Shown here piece by piece: positions 39,747 through 49,882 of a stretch of DNA of 64,000 bases. A model generated the notes under the pieces. That model had not been told where the DNA came from. It ran no database searches and saw only the letters and a program-made list of their open reading frames with translations. The DNA lies in contig MU004242.1 of assembly GCA_010405405.1 (NCBI GenBank), positions 97,751-161,750 of the forward strand, in the 5' to 3' direction. Numbering within the stretch: position 1 is the stretch's first letter; each line of letters begins with the position of its first letter. The position numbers and the translations under genes were made by a program. This DNA comes from Microthyrium microscopicum (lineage: Eukaryota).

Positions 39747-40578
39747 CGTGGCGTTTGAAGGAGCGACTGATAGAAAGAACAGCTAAAAGAGTGTATGGAC
39801 GTCAGTTTCTGGGAACCCCCTCGAGGACATCACTGCTCTTTATCGAGACGGCTATGGCTACCAGCTTGCGCAAGAGGTCATTATCCACAGACCTCGAGTT
39901 GCTCGTAACTCCCATGAGAAAATCAACGTAAACTCGCCAAGCACCCGGATCTAGACCTGACAAGTGGTGGCATCTCGTTGTTATCGCAAGGGGATCTACG
40001 GTTGACGCTAGCATTGAGATGAGCTTGAAATGAGGTTAATTAGCCTCAACCTGACAAACCGGGGCAATGATCAGCCAGTAGCCAGGGGTAATTTACTATA
40101 GCATTTGACGTGTGAGGTAGCGTCAATTTGTCTGCCTTTTTGGGGTCCAGGCGATAGAGATGGCGTTAATGCCCTAGGTGGGCGAGCTTTTCATAGGATA
40201 GGGGTCGACAGTAAGGTCTATTCGAGATTAGGTCGTTGAGTTTGGCACAAGACGTGAAACCCTGTATCGGATCCTTCAAAATAGAAAAGGCAAGAAGAGC
40301 GAATTGTTGGCAGAGACTTGCGGATTCCTGCTCTGCATTGGGACATATTAATGATGCGACACAGATTCGAAGGATTTCCAGAGCCGAGCAAGTTTTTCAA
40401 TATTAGATTCATTGAGTTAACATGGTGGTATCTTGCCTGAACGCCGAAGTACGTTATGCACCCCTTTCGCTGATATGCTCCAGACTTTATAAACCGCCTG
40501 TATTCAAAACGCCTTTCAATGCATGATTTTCAACAGACATCCAAATGGAAAGTCCTATGAATTTGTTGGTCCAGCAAA

Positions 40579-41378
40579 TTACTGGCAGGTTCGATAAGTC
40601 GCGTAACGACCAGCAGTAACAGAGGCGCGAATAATCTTGACAATGTCTCCGCGACGCAGAGCCAAATAGCGCGCAACTGGATCTTCTTTGAGGATACGAG
40701 GGAGCTGATTGTGTTTGAGACGATAACGCTCAAGTAGAGCTTGCTTCTCTTCTGGGCTCAGCATGATATGCTTAGGAACAAGCTCATGTTGAGTGATGTT
40801 GACAATAAGATCCGTCTCTTCAAAGAGCTCCATGACTTTAGGAAATGTTGCCTGGGCAATCTTGTGGCAGGCGCTACTAACGGAGACTGCGGTGACAAGA
40901 ATTCCAGAATATACGCTGTTTTGTTCCATAGTATGGGCGAAGTTGCGGACAGTCTTGACTCCGATCTGGGTATCGCCATTAAATTCCACCCGGATGGTGC
41001 CAATCTCGGGCTCCTTCTTGTTGCCGTGCCGGTCGGACTTTGTATATCTCGCGATCATTTCTAGAGATGGTTTGAGAGTGTAGGCCATGTGGTTGCGACT
41101 GGTAACAATTAGTATCAGACGCGTTCTGCGAACGGAATGTACCTACTCAATCTCGATATTTTCTCCGGCAGGACCATGAAAGCGGGCGCGAAAGTCATCA
41201 AGAGAGACTTCGACTTCTTCTTCAAGTATTTCGTAGCCCTTGATTCAAGTTAGCTACGATACAAGTCGACGTGTTCACGGTGAGAGCGTACGCGATCCCT
41301 CAACATCTGACGAGTAGTACGCCATATGCGCCAGAGGCGGACAGTCTCTTTCGATGCTGGAGCAATTGAATCTGCCAT
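40579..41378 (-). CDS. RPB5: RNA polymerases I/II/III shared subunit RPB5
   Basis: RLWRIWRT..QMLRDRGY, NITQHELVPKH, QLPRI..DPVARY, VKIIRAS.TAGRYATYR; two GT-AG introns. Confidence 0.97.
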
Positions 41379-41695
41379 TTTGATATCTCGTGTAGTCGTA
41401 TTAGGATGGTGGTATAAGGAGGGATTCGAGATGAGGCTATGCCTTGGGGGAAACGTAGAAGAGGCTCTTGAGTCTTTCACTTGACAAGGTGAAGCTTAGG
41501 AATTCGACGGAGTCAAAGATTTTCCATTCCGCAGGGCCAAAGCTTTTGAAGGTGACAAGGAAGATGCGCCATGCTTTTGGTGGGGCTAGATATGCAGGAG
41601 GTTTGCGCGGGAACTAACCACAAAGAGCCTAGTTTTGTTGAAGCTTAACATCATCGGAATTGGCGGTTTCTCAACACCAAAAGTTCACGAACACA

Positions 41696-42856
41696 ATGAC
41701 TGCACCTTCTATACCAAACTTGAGCTCTTTGCTTCGAGGAAGAGGTAGAGGTCGTGGTAGAGGGAGAGGAAGAGGCTCAAGCTCAGGACCACCCGGTTTC
41801 AGAGATGACGATCCAATAGCACGCGACCGCATTGTACAACATACAGATCAAGATGCGGCAGGTTCGCGACTAAGTGCTGTAAACCTACAGTACTTAGACG
41901 ATCCATACGCACAGTTTTTCTATAAAGATGCCGCTCCCCCGCGACGGTTTCCCATTATTAATAGAGGTAAGTATCGCAGAGATCAACCAATACTACCCAC
42001 TAACACATCAGGAACATATGTCCGCACTGCCGCCCTTGATCAATTAATCGCCAGATTCCTCGCCTCCGACCCTTCAACTCTCCACCAGATCATCTCCCTC
42101 GGTGCTGGCACCGATACCCGGCCCTTCCGACTCCTGACACAGACTCCACGCCCAAATCTCATCTATCACGAGCTCGACTTCGCAACCAACACCACTTGCA
42201 AAATCAGCACCATCAAAGAAACCCCGTCCCTTCTCCGTGCTCTCACCACGCACATGGACGCAGATGCTCTCGTATTCGGCTCCAATGGCGCCTCAATAGA
42301 AAGCCCAATGTACAACGTCCATCCAATTGACCTCCGCACTATCACGCCAACCACCCTCCCAAACCTTCCCAATCTCGATCCAAGCGCACCAACCCTCGTC
42401 CTTTCTGAGTGCTGTCTCTGCTATCTCTCTCCCACCGACGGCTCAGCCATCTTGACCGCATTCACATCTCATCTCCTCGCCAGCGCACCAGTTGGCCTCA
42501 TTCTCTACGAGCCCGTGCATCCCAACGATGCGTTCGGACGAACCATGGTGTCCAACCTCGCGTCAAGAGGAATACATATGCAGACATTGCAGCAATACGA
42601 GGACATCAGCGCTCAAACAGCCCGTTTGCGTGCCGCAGGACTCGGAGAAGTGGTGGGTGGAGCAGATATTGAGTTTGCGTGGGAGCGGTGGGTGGATAAT
42701 GCGGAGAAGGATCGCGTTGGAAGGTGTGAGATGCTAGATGAGATTGAGGAGTGGGTACTGTTAGCCAGACATTATTGTGTGGTGTGGGGAGGTAGGGGAG
42801 ACGTGTTCAAGAGTGCTTGGGGAAGCGTGGAGGCGCAACAGGGGTTTGAGGTATGA
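41696..42856 (+). CDS. PPM1: Leucine carboxyl methyltransferase 1 (PP2A methyltransferase)
   Basis: VQHTDQDA..SRLSAV...YL.DPY, PIINRGTYVRT (after removing the in-frame intron 41967-42011), QIISLGAGTDTR, SECCLCYL, DAFGRTMVSNL, DEIEEW.LLARHY. Confidence 0.95.
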   Translation: MTAPSIPNLSSLLRGRGRGRGRGRGRGSSSGPPGFRDDDPIARDRIVQHTDQDAAGSRLSAVNLQYLDDPYAQFFYKDAAPPRRFPIINRGKYRRDQPILPTNTSGTYVRTAALDQLIARFLASDPSTLHQIISLGAGTDTRPFRLLTQTPRPNLIYHELDFATNTTCKISTIKETPSLLRALTTHMDADALVFGSNGASIESPMYNVHPIDLRTITPTTLPNLPNLDPSAPTLVLSECCLCYLSPTDGSAILTAFTSHLLASAPVGLILYEPVHPNDAFGRTMVSNLASRGIHMQTLQQYEDISAQTARLRAAGLGEVVGGADIEFAWERWVDNAEKDRVGRCEMLDEIEEWVLLARHYCVVWGGRGDVFKSAWGSVEAQQGFEV

Positions 42857-43438
42857 TCAGAGGACGGCAGACGATACGATACCCACGGGAAAAACTAGAC
42901 TTTGGGCGAGAATCACATACGTTACTCATGTGGCTGATTGGTTTATTATTCACCACATCGCTATACATGGACGAAAACAACTCATGAACAGATGAAATAC
43001 GGTGCTCTCGTCAGATCAGCGGCGACGTCCGATGCTGCGATCTCATGATGAAGTTACCTGGAACATCTTATGAACCATTCGTCTATTTCAACATACCTGC
43101 CCCAACAAATCACCGATGACTATGCGTGGTAAGGAGCGAGCATCGCACTGGAAAACTGCACTATTCTACTGCGCTAGGAAAGTGAAGGTATATAAACGAT
43201 TTGGTAAGATGCTTGGACCTGGGACCGAATGGTCTCTCAACCCGTGCATAACTTTGGTAAGCCATGACAACAGTGTTCAAGGCAACAGTACCTGATTCTC
43301 GTCGTGGCTCAAGGCCTTAGCATCAAAATTTGTACAGTCGATTTGAAGATCCTTTCCGCCAAAATCGTGGTCTCCATTACACTAGTCACCACACACAATA
43401 TAATCATTACCCAGATCTCATGGTCATTCTCAACAATA

Positions 43439-43769
43439 ATGTCAGCCTGTCTCCTGGGCACCATGCACAGTAACATGCAAAGGTAGAAGCGATGTTTGTA
43501 GCAAAAACTGCGCGAGGTAGAACTCCAGATCCAAGAAAGAGAGACACAGATCCAACAGAAAAGAGCACAGAAACTAGAGAGTAAGAACCTAATCGACCAG
43601 CTGGAAGCAGTGCTAAGGATCCGAGAGGACAAACATCTCCCCAGAACAAACAGCTGCTTGGGAAGGAAGAGCAAGATCGGGAGGGCTATGAGCGAGATGT
43701 CGAAAACAAGAATAAAGAATATGAATCTGCCTCGCTGAGAACGATGCTGGTGGGTGGTTATGGTCTTGA
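43439..43769 (+). pseudogene. Pseudogenised small coiled-coil gene (array member A)
   Basis: MSACLLGTMHSNMQR*KRCL*QKLREVELQIQERETQIQQ..., with TAG at 43484 and 43499 and frameshifts. Ends GGG TGG TTA TGG TCT TGA (GWLWS*), matching member B. Confidence 0.6.
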
Positions 43770-44062
43770 TGAAGTACCAATGAATGTTATCGAAGGAAAC
43801 CTAATAAGATAACAGACTTGACAGACATCCTACTACATATACAATGATCCAAATTTGGTACAGCATCCCGTAGTGATCCGACTTCACAGCCGGCAATGCA
43901 ACCATAAGTCCTACCGTGACCGACTCCCATATAAAAACACAGTTTCAACAATATTTCTCCACAAACAACTTCAAATCCAACACTAATCATCAACCCACAT
44001 CAACCGACAACACCTTACCATCTCTTCAAATTAAACATACTCATCATCCTCTCGACTACAAT

Positions 44063-44443
44063 ATGGCAGCAGCAATTCTGCTCTTGCAACAGGAACAACA
44101 ACTGCGGCGACACAAGTTCTCCGATGCAGAGCTTGATCAACTAGAGAAACAAATGCACAACCTAGGGAAAGAAATGCACATCCTAGGGAAAGAAATGCAC
44201 ATCCTAGGGAAAGAAATGCATATCCTAGGGAAAGAAATACACATCCTAGAGAAACAAACACACATCCTAGAGAAACAAACGCACATCCTAACGAACAAAG
44301 TAGTTGCTAAAGAGAAACAGCGTCAAGAGAAAGAAAAACAGGAAAGTGAGCGAGTTGAAGACAAAATTAGGCGCAAGGAAGAAGCTAGCAAATCCACATC
44401 ACTGAAGCCTACCTCGTGGGTCTCTGGGTGGTTTTGGGCTTAA
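44063..44443 (+). CDS. Small coiled-coil protein with expanded heptad minisatellite (array member B, 126 aa)
   Basis: ATG at 44063, TATAAAA at 43930, (LGKEMHI)-type repeat x7, C-terminus KSTSLKPTSWVSGWFWA. Confidence 0.65.
   Translation: MAAAILLLQQEQQLRRHKFSDAELDQLEKQMHNLGKEMHILGKEMHILGKEMHILGKEIHILEKQTHILEKQTHILTNKVVAKEKQRQEKEKQESERVEDKIRRKEEASKSTSLKPTSWVSGWFWA
44141..44287 (+). repeat. 21-bp coding minisatellite, 7 copies
   Basis: Consensus CTAG(G/A)GAAA(G/C)AAA(T/C)(G/A)CACATC; units start at 44141, 44162, 44183, 44204, 44225, 44246, 44267. Confidence 0.95.
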
Positions 44444-44683
44444 GAGGATACTATGGAAGATTATCTGCACACAGTCAAATAAGTCAACCATGTTTCTTAT
44501 CATGACTCAGCCATAAACCAAATCTTCGTTGGTATAAATTCTATCTCCCCTAAAAGCCTCATGTCTAAACTTAGCATCACATGATCGCCGATTCAAGCGA
44601 TAGTATTGACCTTTCGACCGGAACATACTCATCAACACTACTCTATCAAATACAATCTTAACAGCAGCCATGTTGATCACTCT

Positions 44684-45054
44684 ATGGCCGCTGCGGCTGT
44701 AGTCAACCTCAACGCCTCGCAACGTCAGCAGCAGCTTCAGATGATCAGAGCAAAGCTGCATGATCGGCATCACGAAAGTAAGAACATGAAGAATATGAGG
44801 CGTGGCAGCAAGACTGGCATAAGGAAAGGCAAAAACAGCATGAGATGGACATACAGCTATATGACCTGCGTATCCAAATCCGAAACGGCTCATAGATGTT
44901 AGAGAAACAAGCTGCCGAAAAGAAACAGCTCACTCGAACAGAGAAGCCGCAAGGCATCATGCCCGAGAAATATGTCGAACAGAAGAAAGAAGCAGATGGA
45001 CCTGCCTCACTAAAGCCAACTTAGCCAGGCTCTGGGTGGTTCTTGACCGGCTAG
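44684..45054 (+). pseudogene. Pseudogenised paralog of member B (array member C)
   Basis: MAAAAVVNLNASQRQQQLQ start, a frameshift near 44780, TAG at 44893 and 45022. Tail GPASLKPT*PGSGWFLTG* resembles member B at the DNA level. Confidence 0.65.
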
Positions 45055-45288
45055 GAAACGTCGAAAGTGTATTCTCCCGTCTATCAAAGCCTATAACGTC
45101 CCTCACGGTCTGTACCGTAACAGGTATCTGTTATGGTTAGCTCTAAAATCAACCATGGTTCTCATCGTGACTGGAGATGTAGCATAATTCTTTCAGCATA
45201 TCAATCCCCAAGCTTCCACACAACTCATCACAAGTCTAAGAAACATATCCATCAACCTGCCCATATCTACCCAATAACAACAAACACG

Positions 45289-45765
45289 ATGTCGCCCATC
45301 CTACCCTCTACAGAAAAACCCACCTACGAAGCCAGCATAGCCAGCATAACCAGCATAACCAGCATAACCAAAGAACAATGGGAGATGTCACAAGCCAAGA
45401 ATCGCCATAGGGACGTCAAAAGCCTCCAGCTAAAGTACGAAAGCGCAATGTTACAAATCTCAAGATATAACCTGAAATTGATGGTCGAAATAAGCCAGAT
45501 CGACGCTGAGCAATTCGCGCTACAACCCGAACTACAGACCGAGCTAAAACACAAGAAGCAACAAGTAGATTGCTTAGCGCAGAAAGTATCGCGGCTTGAA
45601 ACGCAAATTGGACAGCAGGCTCAGACTCGAAAGAAGGCAGAGAAATCACAGAAGATACAAGGACTAAGAAGAAGCACAAGAAGCAATTTTGGCATATCTA
45701 GACAGCAAGCTGAGCATCAAGCCGCAGATAGACGGCAGAGAAACCTCAGAAATACCGACAGTTAG
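45289..45765 (+). CDS. Small coiled-coil hypothetical protein (array member D)
   Basis: ATG at 45289 after a CA-rich leader, 9-bp repeat encoding SIASITSITSIT, Q/K/E-rich heptads. Confidence 0.5.
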   Translation: MSPILPSTEKPTYEASIASITSITSITKEQWEMSQAKNRHRDVKSLQLKYESAMLQISRYNLKLMVEISQIDAEQFALQPELQTELKHKKQQVDCLAQKVSRLETQIGQQAQTRKKAEKSQKIQGLRRSTRSNFGISRQQAEHQAADRRQRNLRNTDS

Positions 45766-46049
45766 GAAGAAGCATGATAAGAAACTTTGGGGGTAGGAAG
45801 TATCTCAGCGACCAAGGCGTAGCTACGGTCGTGGATGCCTAGGTACAAATGGTAGCTTTGGTACACCAGACTCTACAGTAGCTATAGTTATAACCAAACA
45901 CTGCAAAATATTCCACTAAGAATATAACTGTTCGGATATATGAATCCCAGACTACTTTTCCATCGTTTCATCGTTCTATCAACAGCCCACCCAGTATACA
46001 TTAACACATTATACAACCTACACTCATCTCCCGGGCATACAACACAGCA

Positions 46050-46289
46050 ATGTTACCATCCCCAGCTCACGTAGGCAAACGCATCGCCGGCACCATAGCC
46101 AGTATGCTATACACGACCGACCTTGCACTCCTCAAAGCCCAAGCACTGGGACTACAGCTCGAGTTTCTGCGAATTCTATGTTCAGCAGTCACAGATGCAG
46201 ATTACGTAGGATCAGCTATGGTACAACCAAGAGAAGCTACGAAATTTTTCAACACGATTTTTGGGTTTAAAGGAACTGAAAGAGCATGA
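46050..46289 (+). CDS. Short ORF paralogous to the N-terminus of member F (array member E, possibly truncated)
   Basis: AGTIASMLYTTDLALLKAQ aligns with ASALANIIYTTQQQILQTE of 46654..47151. Confidence 0.4.
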   Translation: MLPSPAHVGKRIAGTIASMLYTTDLALLKAQALGLQLEFLRILCSAVTDADYVGSAMVQPREATKFFNTIFGFKGTERA

Positions 46290-46653
46290 GATGTTTGAGA
46301 TGAGAGTTAGAGTAAGCTACAGATTCAGCTTTTCCTTGCTCAAGAGAGGTAGCATGGAAGTGATGAAGAAGTTAAGCTGATTCGGCTCTCTGCGTGGTTG
46401 AAGCTCAACTAAGAATATGGCCATACTCAACATCGGTACATTTTGTTAAATCAACTACGGTACTCACTCAATACCTTCAAACCGCTTCTTAAAAGGTTGA
46501 ATCCCCAAGAAAGCATTCTCATCAAACTCATTATTCCATCACTCCCTCCTCCAATCCCTGCAGAATCTTCAGCTCCTGATCCGCCAGATCCTTCGAACCA
46601 TCAGAGATCCCCCAAAAGCAGCACTCATCTCACATCTCACAACCCCATCCACA

Positions 46654-47151
46654 ATGTCAACAACCACAAACCCAGTCTCAATGACGACATCAGCGAGCGC
46701 TCTGGCGAATATAATCTACACAACTCAACAGCAAATTCTTCAAACCGAGCACTCCCTCCTAGCAGCCAGGCAAGAAGAACTAAAAGCCGAGATCACGCAA
46801 GCACAACTCCAGATCTCGCAAGCCCAACTAGAACAAGAGCAACTAGTAGTCGTCAACGACTTAGTGCAAACAGCAAGGCGGAACCTAGAAATTGAGAGCC
46901 AGAGACTAGACTATAAGAAAAGTCAGCTAGCAATCGAACAACGAGTACTATGCACTGTAAAGAACGAACTGGAGTCTGGAAGAAGATTGCTTGATGTGGA
47001 GAAGATACAGTTAGATATGAAGGAGTCCCAGCTACGGAAGAAAGAGTCGCAACTACGAGCGCGGGAGCAAAGACTGCAGGCTAAAGAAGAGATACAGGGG
47101 AGGAAAGAGGTACGCAGGGAGGTCGAGGGGGAATATTGGTCTGGGGGATGA
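46654..47151 (+). CDS. Small coiled-coil protein (array member F, 165 aa)
   Basis: Continuous heptads (QRLDYKKSQL, KESQLRKKESQLR). Ends YWSGG* followed in frame by WWAS*. Confidence 0.65.
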   Translation: MSTTTNPVSMTTSASALANIIYTTQQQILQTEHSLLAARQEELKAEITQAQLQISQAQLEQEQLVVVNDLVQTARRNLEIESQRLDYKKSQLAIEQRVLCTVKNELESGRRLLDVEKIQLDMKESQLRKKESQLRAREQRLQAKEEIQGRKEVRREVEGEYWSGG

Positions 47152-47246
47152 TGGTGGGCTTCGTGAATAGGATATGTATTTAACAAACACAACACGGTGA
47201 CATTGATGCATATTATATTTTCTAACTATTGTAGCATAATACAGCC

Positions 47247-48586
47247 CTACTCAAGCAAACTGGCCTGATTGGAATACAGCAAATCGACCACACTGCTCAG
47301 CTTATCAATCGTGTTGAGCGCCGCATCGAATCCTTGATCACGGCCTTGTTCTTCATACACGATCAAGCAGCCACTGCCTTGATCGAGCACACCCACAATG
47401 ACTTTGTCTAGGATCATCTGGCTCAGCTTGCGCTCCACCTGTTGCGTGTCGAGTCCAACCATCTTGGCTACATGGGCTAGCTCTACACGGGAGAATGGCT
47501 CAATGACCTTGATCAAGTTCTGTTCCAGCATGGCATCGTAGAGACGTCTGAGATGATTGGCGATGAAGCGGTCACTGCCTAGTTCGTAGCGATATGTGCC
47601 GAGCGCACGCTCATATTCTTCTAATGAGCGGTGCGTGTGAGCGTTGGCAACGGCTTTCATGGCGTCGAGACCGGTGCCGGCGTATTTGATGGCGTGTTTG
47701 GAAGCGAGGAGGTTCGTCACGTCATCGCCGAGATTGAGCATGATCTTGCAGAGCAGCATGTATTGGAAGGCACAGCTAGCTTTTGGTGCAGCATCTTGTG
47801 ATGCGTAACCTTCGAGCGCTTCGATGAAATAACTGAAGGCGGTGCCAAAGTCCTGGTCTTCGGCGTGAAGCATACCGGATTGCATGTCGAGACCAGCTTG
47901 AAGGAGAGGCGGCGTGTAGACGGATGCAGCGGAGGTTCGGGCAGATGTGAGAGCGGCGCGGCCTTTGGGGATGTTGCCGAGGGCATGATAGACGCGGGAT
48001 TCGAGGAGTTGGACCTCGACTAGGCGGAGCTTATCATCGAGACGCTTGAGCTCTTTGAGGAGGCCGTTGATGAGTGTGAGAGCTTCGTAGTATGATTGCT
48101 TAGACATATGGAGGCTGACGAGGCGGGTTTCGAGATCTTGGCGGAGGAAGCCACGGCGTGTTGAGATGGCCCATTCGATACATTGTTTGGTGGTTGTGAT
48201 TTGGATATCGGTGGTTTTGGGGATGGTGGTGAAGAGATCAAGGAGTTGTCGCACTATTTTAGAAAGTCAGCAATGCTAGCGGATGATAGTCATAGATATT
48301 ACAAACCTAGTTTGGCGGTCTTTGCCTTTGCGAGTGCTGATAGCGCATCGCGAGTCTGAAGAATCAACGTAGACAGCTCATCCGTCCTCCGTTGCTCAGC
48401 ATAAAGCTCTCCCAAGCTCACGAGAGCAACCTCAAGGTTCTTCAAAGCTGCCTCATTGGTTCCCGGTGGTTGTGTGAGGATTTCCTTGTAAACCTTCTCG
48501 GCCTTGGAGGGGTCCGACTTTTTGACCTTGTTGGCTTCTTGGAGCTTCGTAGCGTTTTCCGCAGGAGTGGCGGGAGTTGCGGCCAT
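47247..48586 (-). CDS. RPN6: 26S proteasome lid subunit Rpn6
   Basis: AKAKTAKLVRQLLD, LLKELKRLDDK, LLESRVYHAL, ALTSARTSA, DMQSG.LHAE, PCI domain LLEQNL-like ...VERKLSQMILD. Intron 48254-48306. Confidence 0.97.
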
Positions 48587-48918
48587 TGTCGAAGCTTTGC
48601 TGCTATTCTTCGTATTTGCAGAGTGATTCCAAAGGCAACAGGCTTTGTGTGATGGGATGGTGGAGGAGAGTTTTAGCTGATGGAGTGGTGATGCTTTGGA
48701 TGGTGTTGAGTTGTTGAGGGCAGTTGCAATGGAAGGCGGAAGGCAAGTGCGCGGCTGGTTCCTGCCTGATTTGATTGGTCGCACCTTCCCTGCTTCAGCC
48801 TCTTCTTCTTGGTACCTAGCAACTTCCTCTTTTGTCCCAACATCATTCTCTCTTTCTGATACTCCAACTACATCGCCATTGTCATACACCAAACTTACTC
48901 TCTCTCAAATCGCGCTTG

Positions 48919-49773
48919 ATGAATACGAAAACCGCTGTCCGGTTGACTCGTCAGCTTAGACACCCACTGCCGCTCCAAAGAACCACCATTATATCTCGAA
49001 GACAAGTCGTGCCATCATCAACATCATCATACCACTCTTACGATCATCCGACTCCTCCTCCATACTCCGATACAGCCAAATCAATACTCTCAGCTTCACT
49101 CAACCATATACCAGAACATGGCTTTACGCGAAAATCCTTAAGTCTAGGCGCAAAGGACGCTGGATACCTCTCAATATCAACAAACCTCTTTCCTCAAGGA
49201 GCTTTTGATCTAATACTCTATTACCTCGCAACCAGCAGATTGAAGCTTCAAGATTCAGTACATGGCAGAGACGGCCATGAGCAACAATGGGCGTCCGGCA
49301 AAATAGACGTGAAAGAACGAGTCAAGACTCTGGTATTTGATCGATTGAGGTTCAATAAAGAGTCTGGAGTGATCAAGCGATGGCCAGAGGTAGATATATC
49401 CCAGAACCCTTGCCCGTGCCCACGTTCTAACTGATTATAGGCTCTCGCTGTAATGGCACAACCCACATACGTCCCACAATCCTTCGCCGAGCTTTCCAGA
49501 CTGGCAGACGATATATATTTCCTGGCGGGCGACACCAGCGTTGACACTACATGGTATACCAAACGCGCCAGTCTAGCCGCCATATATGCCGCAGCAGAGG
49601 TATACCAAACACAAGACCAATCAGCTCAGAATGCGGATACGAGAGTCTTCGTAGACAGCAGATTCAAAGAGCTTGAATCGGCGCAAACAGGAGTCAGTTC
49701 AGTAGCTGAATGGGTCGGATATACGACACACAGCTTCATCAACGTCCTACGAAGTAAAGGCGCCCAAATATGA
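48919..49773 (+). CDS. COQ9: Ubiquinone biosynthesis protein COQ9, mitochondrial
   Basis: Arg/Ser-rich presequence, YHSYDHP, ILSASLNHIPEHGFT, ELSRLADDIYFLAGDTSVDTTWYTKRASL. Intron 49390-49440. Confidence 0.93.
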
Positions 49774-49882
49774 TATTCACCTTGCTGCGCTTCAAGTAGT
49801 AGTCATGATCTTGTATTCTAGTCCATCATATGCCATATACCCAAACAAATATATCATACATAATAAGCATACACCATTTTCA

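Noticed and set aside
44141..44287. Repeat array as CRISPR
   Set aside because: Units are contiguous with no unique spacers, lie in frame inside an ORF, and the genome is eukaryotic with no cas genes.
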